This document shows, in pieces, positions 35,120-64,000 of a DNA stretch of 64,000 bases. The DNA comes from the human T2T-CHM13v2.0 reference genome, Homo sapiens. The position numbers and the translations under genes are program-made. A model generated the notes under the pieces. It was not told where the DNA came from. It saw only the letters and a program-made list of their open reading frames with translations, and ran no database searches. The stretch lies in the NCBI RefSeq assembly GCF_009914755.1, contig NC_060947.1; one strand, 5' to 3'. Position 1 is the first letter of the stretch. Each line of letters starts with the position of its first letter.

Positions 35120-35505
35120 TGCTGTGAACTGAATTGTGAATTCAGCAAATTCCTTTGTTGAAGCTTTAATCCTCAATGTGACTGTATTTGGAGATGGGGG
35201 TAATTAAGATTAAATGAGGCCATAAGGGCAGGGTCCTAATCTGATAGAACCGGTGTCCTCATTAGAGAGGGAAGAGATGCCTGAGCTCCCTCCCTCTCTC
35301 CCTGTGGGCGCACAAAGGAAAAGCCACATGAGGACAGAGAAAGAAGGTGGCTGTCTACGAGCCAGAAAGAGAAGCCTCACCAGAAACCAACCCTACCGGC
35401 ACCTTGATCTTGAACTTCCAGCCTCCAGAACTGTGAGAAAATAAACGTCTGTGGTTTAAGCCACCCAGTCTGAGGTATTTTGTTAAGGCAGTCTGAGCAG
35501 CTAAT
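35120..35505 (+). mobile_element. MaLR solo LTR (MLT1A/B-like)
   Basis: aatgtgactgtatttggagat...gcaccttgatcttgaacttccagcctccagaactgtgagaaaataaa...gtttaagccacccagtctg. Confidence 0.85.
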
Positions 35506-36039
35506 TGGCTCTCAGTTTCAAGGCTGATTTCAAGAGACTCGTGTTGGCCAGGTATGAGGGGAGCCAGTGCTCAAGTGAAGGAAGGAAAATTCAGCACATC
35601 CTCCTCGTCTAGCTGAAGGGGGCTCTGGAGCAGCAGGAGGGGCCCAGGGCAAGCCTGGAATGAAATCCGTGGCACTCCTGCAGGTTCTGGGGGCGGTGTC
35701 CATGGAATATCCTCTGCCACATAACAAAATGACTAATAATTGCTTGGGGAGCTTTCAGAACTGCCCCAAGGCTTCCTCTAACACTCCACCCACACCTGGT
35801 TCATGCCAGGTTGCTCGATGCCTTGGTTCGGGAGAATAGGTGTGGTGTCATCTCAGGCTTGGTGGCAGCCCAAGGGAAGGGGCAAGTGTTCTGAGTCTCT
35901 CTAGATGACACAGGAGCTGAGGAAAGCTGGAGTGAATTATGAGTCACAGCCCGTACCTCACAAGAAAGTTCTGCCCGATGCCAGAGCTGGGAGCCATCAC
36001 CAGTTATGCAGGGTTGGTGGAGAAGAGCCTCGGGATAAT

Positions 36040-36959
36040 TGGTATGCATGCCCGCACATAGGTGTGTGCGTACCAGTACGTGTGAAGTTATGCAGGAGTG
36101 CGTGGTGTGCTTATGCCCGTGTGTGTGCACATTAGTCCTTTTGTGCATGCATGCATACATGGCACATGTGTGTGCATTCATGCTTTGCTGTTTTGAATGC
36201 AGGTATGGTTATAAGTGCATATGGGCAACAGAAGTTCAAGTGTGAATTCTCATGGAGATGCTAGGGTGTAGCAGGCACATGGGGACCTGTTCCCTGACAG
36301 GGGTGTTTGTGAAAAGCAACTGTGCATATGTGTGAGGGTGTACTTATATATGAGATTCTATGTGCAAAGCCCTATGTCCGTGGGTGCTAGCCTGAGTGTT
36401 TGTGTCTGTGTATATACATGTGTATGCCAGCGTGCACATGCATGGCTGTGTGTGAGTGCGTAAGTGAAGGGGAGCACATTGGCCCAAGCTGGTAAGTCTA
36501 GTATCTATGCATGTATACCCCTGGGCACCGCCCCCCCCGCCCCGTGCAAGTGTGAGTGAACAGGTACACAAGGGCCTGGGCGTAGATGTCTGTGCACATG
36601 TACGTGGGCATGCTGTATGCATGGCTGCAGGGATTTCCCACGTGTGTGTGTGCACAGATGCACAAGTGCCCAGGAACCTAGATTGTGGTGTCTGTACACA
36701 TGTACCTCTGGGCACCATGCATGTGTGTGTGCAAAAGTGCAAGTGTGCCTATGGGCTCAGGTCTGGCTGTCTGTGTACATATACCCCCTGGATGCCCATA
36801 AAGGTGTGAGTGTGTACTGCAGGTGCATATTTGTCCGTGGGCCTCAGTCTGGGTATTTGTGAACATATAACCTGTGTGAACGTGCATGGGTGTGTGGATG
36901 TGATCAGGTGTGCCCATGGACCCAGGCCTCGGTGTCTGTGTACAGGTACCTCAGGGTGC

Positions 36960-36998
<39 letters not shown>

Positions 36999-37260
36999 TG
37001 TGTGTGTGCATGTGCATGTGTGTATGTGTGCATGTGTAACTCTGGAGGTCCATGCATGTGTGTGCGCATGGCTTCAAGTGTGTCCAAGGACCTGGGTCTG
37101 GGCATGTGTGTACATGTATCCCTAGGAACCCATGCATGAGTATGCTCACGTGTTCAGCGGTGCCAATGGCCTTGGATCTTGGTGTCTGTGTATGTGTACC
37201 CTTGGGGGACCACAGATGGCATTCATGCATGCATATGTAGCACCATGGAGGGATCTGTGT
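36040..37260. repeat. TG-rich degenerate repeat region including (TG)n at 36962-36994
   Basis: Recurrent gtgtctgtgtacatgtaccc-like motif and many tgcatg words. Confidence 0.75.
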
Positions 37261-37884
37261 GCAGATTTACCTCTACCTACACCTGGCTGGGGATCATAAA
37301 GAAAATCAAGGGATGCGCTACCTCCATGAATCCAGGTTTCAGCAGAGCTAAGGGAGTGAAATTTGGGGCCATTTTACTTGTCTCAAACCTTGTTATCTGA
37401 GAGAAAGCTAGAGCTTCCTTCTTTCAGCCCCCAGAGACAATGTGGCCAGGCTCCGGAGGGCTGGGAAGATGAGCAATGCTTGTGAGTCACCATGATAGGA
37501 AGCAGAAGGGTCAGGAAGTCCCTGGGAGCAAGGCTTAGGGTTAGGGTTAGGGAGAAAACACTTGGGCCTGGAGGCTCGGGGCAGGCTTCCTAGAGGGGAG
37601 GGGTAGGAAGAGGCAGTGACAGGGCCCACAGCAATGGAGAGGAGTTGGACTGCAGGGATGGGGTAGGGGGACAGACGACAAGGGACACTCAGAAGACTAA
37701 TGTCTGGGAGTGGGAAAACAGTGTTTGCTCAGCCAGGAAGCTGCATCCAGCTCTTTTATCATTTGTAGAAGACCAAGTACCCAGGCCTGGGAGGAGCCCA
37801 GAGATGAACCAGAGTTTGGAGCTGGGGGCGGGGGTAGTTCTCTCTGTCCCTGTAACAGGCAGTTTAGGCTTAAAGAGCTGTCCA

Positions 37885-38181
<297 letters not shown>

Positions 38182-39816
38182 AGAACTGTCCAGGATTCCA
38201 CGGGCCCCTGGGGCCCAGGGTAAGCTGCCTCCCCTTTCTGGGCCTCGGTCTTCTCCATTGTCACATGGCCTGCCTGTCTGCAGCCCAGGCCCCGGGAAGC
38301 ATTTAGCCTGAGAGAGGAGCCCATGGACAGTGGGCAGGCAGCTGGCTGCTCCCCAAGATTGGGCCACCCTCCTGCTCCTCTGCCACTTCAGAGTCTTTAC
38401 ACCCTGCCCCAGAGGCAAAGCTTGGAAATGGGCTGGGGGAGCCATGGCCACAGGCCAGTCAGCATGGGGGAAGCCTGGTGGGGTTGAAACCCTGGGCTAG
38501 GAGGGGGCACGTCCATCACGAACCCTGGTCCCCCACCAACCCACCCGACCATAGCAGGGGAGGCACAGGAACCCACAACCTTCCTCCTGACCCCAGCTGG
38601 AGAAGGATGTTGCTGCTCCTGAATTCCAAGCTGGCCCAGATGTAGAGTGGTCCCCCAAGGGTATACTTGCACAGACACCAAGATCCAAGCCCATTGGCAC
38701 AGCTGAAAACATGAGCATTCCCATGCATGGGCCCCTAGGGGTACATGGACACAAATCTCCCCTTCCAGTCATGGCACCCCAGTCCTGATCAGCTTCACCC
38801 CAAAAAGCTCCCAGGTGCGGAGTCAAGACCTTCTTGTGCCCCCACTTCAACCCCAAGCCAATGGCTTCTTTTTTTTTTTTTTTTTCCAGAGACTGGGGTG
38901 GAGGGGTTTCACTCTGTCACCCAGGCTGGAATGCAGTGGCACAATCATAGCTCACTGCAGCCTTGATCTCACAACTGATCCTCCGTCCTCAGCTACTGGT
39001 GCGAGCTACCACGCCTGGCTCTGAGCCAATGGCTTTCTTTTAGATCCTCCAGAAGGTCAACAATACTGACTGCAGAACGCCAGGCAGCCACAGGCCACTG
39101 GGCACAGTTGTGCAGGCTGTGCTCTAACAAAAGTTGCCTGGCCACAGAGGACACTGGGAGCAGGAATGCACCCTGGGCTCCTCTAGCATCACTGGGGCCT
39201 GGCCTGGGGCCGCGTCCATCAGGAGGAAGGGGCATCCTTTTCTAAAGTTCACGCAGGCATTATGTGAGCTAGTGGCGCCCCTCAGTGTCCAGGTTTTTAA
39301 AGGCAAAGGAAATCTGGACATGCGCAGAAAGTGAACATGGCCCCAGAGCCAGGCATACCTTCACCCGGGATGTCTCTGAGCTGGAAAAAAATACTCAGCC
39401 ATTGTCTAGCGCAGCCCTATGCTTATCAGGAAAAATTGTAAAAAACTTTTAAATGGACAAAACTATTCCCCAGGTGTCCTTTCAATGGAACACTGGATGT
39501 GGTCTACCCAAGCCCCTTATGGCGTATCTGATTCTATAGCGGGCTGCACTTTTGTCTTTGGCTGGGCCATTTTGCACCTCTGTAGAGAGAAGTTAACCTG
39601 TGCAGGACTGATAATTCCCATCCATAATAAATGAATTTTGTCCTGTAGAGATACAGCTGATCTCTATCCTGTAGAAAAAGATTATTCCAGATATTATATT
39701 GCATCTATTGGCAAATCCATTGCAGTATCTCTGGGAGTTTATATATGCTTGTTCTTCAGATTCTCCTCTGAGCCTAGTGTAACATATTACCAGTTCCCTC
39801 ATTCATAAATGATCTG

Positions 39817-40117
39817 GGCCAGGCATGGTGGCTCATGCTTGTAATCTCAACACTTTGGGAGGCCGAGGCGGGTGGATCACTTCAGCCCAGGAGTTCAAGA
39901 GCAGCCTGGGCCACAAGGCAAAACCCTGTCTCTACAAAAAGTACAAAAATTAGCTGGGAGTGGTGGTGAGCGTGTGTAGTCCCAGCTACTCAGGAGGCTG
40001 AGGTGGGAGGATCATCTGATGCCAGGGAGGTCAAGGTCTGCAGTAAGCTGTGATTGCACCACTGCACTCCAGCCTGGGCGACAGAGTGAGACTCTGTCTC
40101 AAAAATAAATAAATAAA
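39817..40117 (+). mobile_element. Alu (J-like)
   Basis: TSD ataaatgatct. Confidence 0.9.
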
Positions 40118-41559
40118 TGATCTAAAAATCCTTGACACATGTTCACTTTATATTTGTAGGAGTCGTGATGTTACCATTTTGGAAATAATTTTTTAATTGC
40201 ATCTACCAGCTCACAGTACAGATGAGATCACCAAGCTGGGGGAGAAGGGACTTGCTTGAAGTGACCCTCATGGACTGGGACTGGAAGGCAGAGCTGAACT
40301 CAAGCTACTCTGGGTGCTGCCCTGCTCCTGGAAGGAGGGGGATATGCTGTGCCCAGGTGTGGAATGGAATGGAGGGCTGTGACACACCTCCACCATGGGG
40401 ATATGGAGTGACCTTCTGAGATGAGGGGGTCATCTGTCAGGTCCCACCCTCTGTGCTGTGCCTTGATTCAGACCCACGACACAACCAGCCGTCCACCCCA
40501 CCCCAGGTGGTCCTGGCCAGGGGAAGTGCTGAAATGCCCCCATTGCCATCCTGAACTGCTATGCTGGTGATGACCATAGGAAAGCTTTATTCTAGGTATA
40601 CTATTTCAACTGCTGGGCCCCAGCTTCCTTATCTATAAAATGTAGTTAGTTCCGGTTCCTGCCTTATATGATGTGGAGAAGATTAAATGAGATTATGGAC
40701 ACGAAGCTCTTCAAATTGCCCGGCACAGAGTAAACGCTCAATATTTATCAGCTGTTAGTCATTAGGTCTGTTTGACTTGCAGAACTTCCAGTGGTGGACA
40801 TTTTTGAAGGGATGCTTGGGGCCCCCTCGAGATGCTGGCCTAGCAGGACCCAGCTGCTCCATCCTTGGATGAAACACCCAACAAGTGTTCCCCGGGTGAT
40901 GGATCAGGAAACTCAGACTCCTGGCCAGGGAAAACAGGCCTGACCTGCTCTCTGGAACCCCCATGTTGCCATCCAGGAGATCCTGAAGCCCAAGGCACAA
41001 ATGAGGAGGAGCACAAGGAGTGGTGAGTTCTTGACAGGAAATGGTGGGGTGCCCTAGGAGAAATCACCTCTTAGGGTCTCGGTTTCCCCATCTGTACAAT
41101 GGGCACTTCGGAGCTGTGAGTTGCTGAGGACCTTTGCAGCCGCCTTTTGGGGAAGAACAAATGTTCTCCAAGGGTGTAACGGCTGGAGGCTGACCCTTTC
41201 CCAGCCCAGGCCCTGCCATTAGAGACAAAGTACACCAGACACAAAGGGAAAACCCAGTCCCCGCCACACAAAGGCAAAACCCAGTCCCCGCCACAGCATA
41301 GGAAGCTGCCCAGCAAGTTGAGAGTCAAGTTGCCCAAGTTTTGTGGCCAGTGAAGGGGAGGTTTGCAGCCAGACCACTCCTGAGGCCTACCTGGGGAACT
41401 TGTGGGGGTTGGGTTGGGGGGATGGACTCAGTGGCCTCTGGGGTCCCTTCCAGTCCAGACTCTCCTCTGTGGCTGGCATGCTCTGACCTCAGAGGTCCAA
41501 TCTGCAAAATGGGACGATAACCCCATGTGGGCTGAGAGGGCAGGAAGGTGGATGTATTC

Positions 41560-42700
<1,141 letters not shown>

Positions 42701-43821
42701 ACAGTAGGCCACCGCTGAATCCTTAAGTAAAACCACTGGCAGCCTTAGTCCCTCTCTGCCTACCACTTTCAGGTGCTCAGCTTTATGCTGTAAAGTTACC
42801 CCATCACTCCTAAACTCGGAAATTCTGCCTCCCATGACAGATTAAAAGGCAATTTATACTAAAATGTCAATGACTACCAGATTCTGAAGAAGGCAAAGCC
42901 TCACTGGATGTGACTTAATCTTCTAGTGAGATTTAGGGCCGTGTGGCAAAAGGATGGGGAGATGTCAGGGAGTGTGCCAAGTACTCAATGGACCAGGCAG
43001 CTCAAAGGCAGCCCCGGGAGGAGAGAGCAACCTCCTTCCCATGTTCTGTCTCCATTCAGAGCAGATGGCCCTCCCAGGCGCATCTGAGCTCCCGGCTCTT
43101 CTGCTCCCCTCCTCTGAGGGACCTGTCTGTCTAGCTATCAGCCTGTCAGTTCAGCTCTGCTGCAAAGCTGTTGTGTAGGTGTATATTCATCGAGTGTCTG
43201 TTCCTAACACTGATTTCTTGGCAGAGAGAAGTCAGTTCATCCAACCATTAAGGATGAGTTCTGTGTGAGAGGGTCAGAGAAGAGGATTGGGAAGCAGATG
43301 GAGCAGGTTAGAACATTAGAATTGTTATCAACCCGCTCTTTCTTGTAGATACCCACAGTTCATCTACTCAACCACTCACTTAGCCTTGCGCCCATTCATC
43401 CACCCATGATTCACCCACTTACCCACTATTCATTCATCTGTTTATCTAGCCACCCATCCGCACACCCACATAACTGGTCACTGCTGTGGCTCCAGCTTTG
43501 TGCCATGCATTGGGAGCACAGAGATGAGTCATATCCCCTCCTGCTCTTTCAGCCCTCCCAGTCTAACTGGAGAGACATCCACAGGCAAATCTCGCTGCAT
43601 GATTCTGTGATCAATGCTGTGGTTACCCCAGGGAGCATTTGATTATGACCCTGACATTTTAGCCGAGTGCTGACAGATCTCTTGGTGTTGCCAGGAGAGA
43701 GGAGGAGGAAGGACATTCCTAGAAGTGGGAACAGCGTAGATAAACCCTGGGAGGTGTAAGAGAGAATGAGTGTGGTTAAAGCGCAGGGTGGATGAAGGGC
43801 TGAGGCAGAAGTTGGCACTTG

Positions 43822-45756
<1,935 letters not shown>

Positions 45757-46045
45757 TCAAGCACTCTCCAGGCAGGGAGAGGCCAGCACCCAGCCCTTCG
45801 TCACCCCTGCTATTCATTGGTTGATGGAGTCCTGTAGTCAACGCTTGCCAGACATCGTCTAGATGCTGAGCCTAGTGCAGGCACTGGAGGCCACAGACAG
45901 CAGAGATGCAGCACTGCCTAGTGGGGAGACAGACACTTTTGTGTGATAAGGTTTATGAAGATAGGGTCTGCCCAGGGTGTGGGAATCCCAGAAGCAAGAG
46001 GTAGGAAGGGTCTCCCCGACCTGGGAAGTGATATCAAACTGGATC

Positions 46046-47740
<1,695 letters not shown>

Positions 47741-47934
47741 CGGGGTTATAAAAACGACTTTTTAAAAAGCACAAATAAGAAAAGCTGATCTTTGCAAAAG
47801 AAACCAAACAGTCTTTCTTACTGACATCTAATAGTCTGCGTTGGTTTTAAGACTGAGGCATTTAATTTCACAAAGACTGTTTTTTACAGAGTGATTTAAT
47901 TTCACCATTGTCACAGGCTCTGCTGGTGCCTACG

Positions 47935-47935
<1 letters not shown>

Positions 47936-47980
<45 letters not shown>
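47936..47980. repeat. (CA)n microsatellite
   Basis: Perfect AC run of about 22 units. Confidence 0.95.
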
Positions 47981-47982
<2 letters not shown>

Positions 47983-48094
47983 CCTCACATCGCCATAGGA
48001 GCTGCTTATCCCATCTGAGCCTCAGTTGTAGCCTCTGTAAAATGGGCGGCACCTGTCTGGCTACAAGTGGTTTTAGAGACTAAGCATTTGGTTC

Positions 48095-48724
48095 TCTGTG
48101 AGATTCCAGATTTCCCAGAAAATCTGATGAAAGCTGAGAGCTCGCTCCCTAGGAACATGCTGAGAAAGAGACAAGCAGCCCCTGACATCCCAGAGCTGGC
48201 TTGATACCCACGGCTAGACCTTAGTGCCCTCCTGTTGAACACGGACAATTTCACAAAACATCAGTATCAGACAAGGCCACTCTGACTGTGATGGATCGAG
48301 ACAAAAACAAGATCAGTATGTCATCTTGTCTTAGCACAGACACATGAATACATTGTCCAAACCACAAAAATGACCAAGTATTCCCCGACTTGGCTATACA
48401 ATGCACTTTTTTTTTTTTTTTTTGGCCAATGACAACTTTAGCCTCCACTCTAGTTAGTCTGCCCTCCTTCTAGATAAAATTTATTGTGATATCCAATCAT
48501 AGAATTAGCCCCACTCCCTATCCAGAGCAAAGCCCTGCTTCCTTAAACCATCCCCCAAATCACTGAACACAAGCCCCAATCCTATTATAAGTTCTAACTC
48601 CCTTTTACTGAGACACCCCACGGTTCCCCACAGTGTACACCCTCCCTTGTTGCAATGAGCAATAAACCCAACTTGTTCAACCACACATGTGTTCCTGGGG
48701 GGTTTTGGCTAGAGGACTTTGACA
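48095..48724 (+). mobile_element. ERVL-type solo LTR (MER54/MER73-like)
   Basis: TATA-like ctattataag, then aataaacccaacttgttcaaccac...gtgttcctgg...ttgaca as LTR 3' end. Confidence 0.55.
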
Positions 48725-49388
48725 GCACTTACAGAGTTGGCTGTAAGCTCAAGGACTCTTTGGAACCCCATCTCTGCATGCCCCTAGTCCACAGACTCCT
48801 AATTAAGTGGCCTTGAGTCTAGAGCATCAGTAATACCATTAAACAGATGGAGAAACCGAGGTCTAGAGAGATTGACTTCTTCAAAGTCCCATTGTGAGCC
48901 AACAGCTGGGTAGGAACTGGAAACTGTGGCTGCTGGTCCCAAGGTGAGGTATGTCCAGCAGACATAGAACCCGTCCCCAAGCTCCCCTTGGCCACAACAG
49001 TGTTCTCCCTGCACAGGCCACAGAACTAACCGGCAAGATACGCACATGCGCATTTCTGAAGGATGGCTTCATTCTCTCCCTGTCCTGCCTTTCTCTCTGT
49101 AGAATGGGGCAGTGAGATCCCAGGTTGAGGGATAAAGGAACCCCCACACCGGGGCTACCCTCAAGGACGCTCACACACTGTGGTCTCAGCTTAAAGGAGC
49201 CTCATCTTCCCTGTCCAGCTGCTGCGTCCCAGAGTGTGCACCCTCACAGACCCTGTCACCAGTAGCACCTCATTCCCATCTCTCAATTTCCCTCTGCATT
49301 TGCCCAGGTCAGGCGAGCTACCTAGAACCCCCCTCCCTTCCTTTCTTGACCTTGAGTTCTCATAATTTTTCTTCGAGATCTAGCGTGG

Positions 49389-50803
<1,415 letters not shown>

Positions 50804-51549
50804 ATTACAAAGGGAAAAATAGTAAATTTATACTGGTGAAAACTAGAAGACCACTTTAAGCAAAAGATCAATGCTAATACTAACAATTTCGAGACTAACT
50901 GAACCCTCCTGCCTCCTGATAACGCTGAGAACACAGCGTCACTTCTGTGGAATTCCTGCCAAAAATGCAGAATTCAAATCTAATCATGAGGAGACATCAG
51001 ATAAACCCAAATTGAAGGACATTCTTCCAAAGAACTGGTCTGTGCTCTCCCAAAACATCAAGATCATGAAAGTTAAGTGAAGATGGAGACATTGTTCCAC
51101 ATTGGAGGAGACTAAAAAAACCTGATAACAGAATGTATCTTGTGACCCTATGATTCCCTTTTCCTATACAAGGACACTATTGACATGCCCACCAGGGTGG
51201 CTAGAACCAAAAAGTCAGATAACAAGTATTTGTGAGGATGTGGAGCAATGGAAACCTCATACTATGCTGGTAGCAATGTAAAAAAAGAAAAAAAAGTCCT
51301 TGCTCTTAGGATATTCATACTGAAGTATTTAGTTAAAAGGGTGTCATATCCGCAACCACTAACAAATAATTCAGAAAAATCACTGTATATCATTCAGAAA
51401 AATTATATATATGTAAATTACATATGTATATACATGGGGAGAAAGAAACGGACAGAGACAGAGAGAGAGCAAATATGTTATCATTATAAGGCTTGGCATT
51501 TTTGTCAGTCCCATAAGTGAAAAATAGTATATCATTGTTTTTAATTTGT

Positions 51550-53850
<2,301 letters not shown>

Positions 53851-54490
53851 CTGCGCGCCGACGTCCCCCCGCGCCGGTCTCCCCTCAATCCTCCTGCTCC
53901 CCTCCTCCGCGTCCCCGTCCCCGCCCCCCTCCTGCTCTCCCATTGGCCGAGCCGGCGGCCGGGCCGCCCCGGGATTTAAAGGGCCCGCTCGCCGCGCCGC
54001 TCTGGGAGCCGCTGCTGGTCCCGGCCTTGCGGCCTGCGGGGGAGGCTGCCCGGAGGAGGCAGCGGCGGCGGCAGCGCGTCCTCGGTCCCCAGGACCACGG
54101 CTTCTTTCCTGCCAGGTAGGTCGCCAGTAGTGCGCACGCGGCTCCCCAGCTCCCATCCCTGGGCCGGCCTCCCCAGGCGGATCTGTAGCGCGAGTGCTAG
54201 GACCCCCTCCCCATCACCTTTCCGACTCTCCCTCAGGCTATGTCTCCTACCACCACCTCCTTGCAGCCCCCGGACCTGGGCAGGACTTTGTTGGCGGCCT
54301 CTCGCCGGGTGGGGATGAGATGGGGGGCGCGGAGGATACAGGACACCCCCCCTCCCCGTGCCGCCGCATCCATACAAGGAGAGATGCACACGGCCCCCAA
54401 GTGTCACAGAATCCCCCTCTCTGCCCTCCACTCAGAGCGACTCTACCTTGGAAACCAGGGATTCCCCTTCCCGTCGCCCGCCCCATTTGA

Positions 54491-62305
<7,815 letters not shown>

Positions 62306-62492
62306 GTGAGGTGGGGCCCTGGGCTGTGTGGTTAACCAAGGGTGGCGCTATCTGGCGGGGGGAAACCATGAGGACAAAGGCTGGGAAGCTGAGGCCTGAG
62401 CTCCTCAGACTGTGCTGCTTCGCCTGGGCAGCCAGTGCTCCTCGGTCCTTTCCCATAGTCCCTCTGCTTGAGTCACACTGTTAGGTCTTTTA

Positions 62493-64000
<1,508 letters not shown>

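Overview
Alu-dense primate genomic DNA, almost certainly human Xp11.23. It holds three spliced protein-coding genes, which I rebuilt by hand from GT-AG junctions and continuous reading frame: SLC38A5 (SNAT5 glutamine transporter, minus strand, 15 coding exons, 472 aa, complete), FTSJ1 (tRNA anticodon-loop 2'-O-methyltransferase, plus strand, 11 coding exons, 329 aa, complete) and PORCN (Wnt O-palmitoleoyltransferase, MBOAT family, plus strand, 13 coding exons present, last exon beyond the window). FTSJ1 and PORCN have CpG-island promoters. The rest is Alu, L2, L1, MIR, LTR and hAT remnants plus microsatellites. Nearly all ORF-track entries are spurious (Alu or low-complexity). I see no bacterial-type system, CRISPR array or RNA gene, and no convincing new gene. 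The structure not explained by the genes is: a ~1.8 kb degenerate ~31-bp tandem array; two L2 fragments 25.7 kb apart at ~92% identity; a 107-bp inverted duplication enclosing (TTAGGG)3; several cryptic intronic repeat arrays; a hairpin covering the acceptor of a PORCN micro-exon; and a long poly-Gly alternative frame in the SLC38A5 last exon. Repeat family names come from memory of consensus sequences and their boundaries are approximate.
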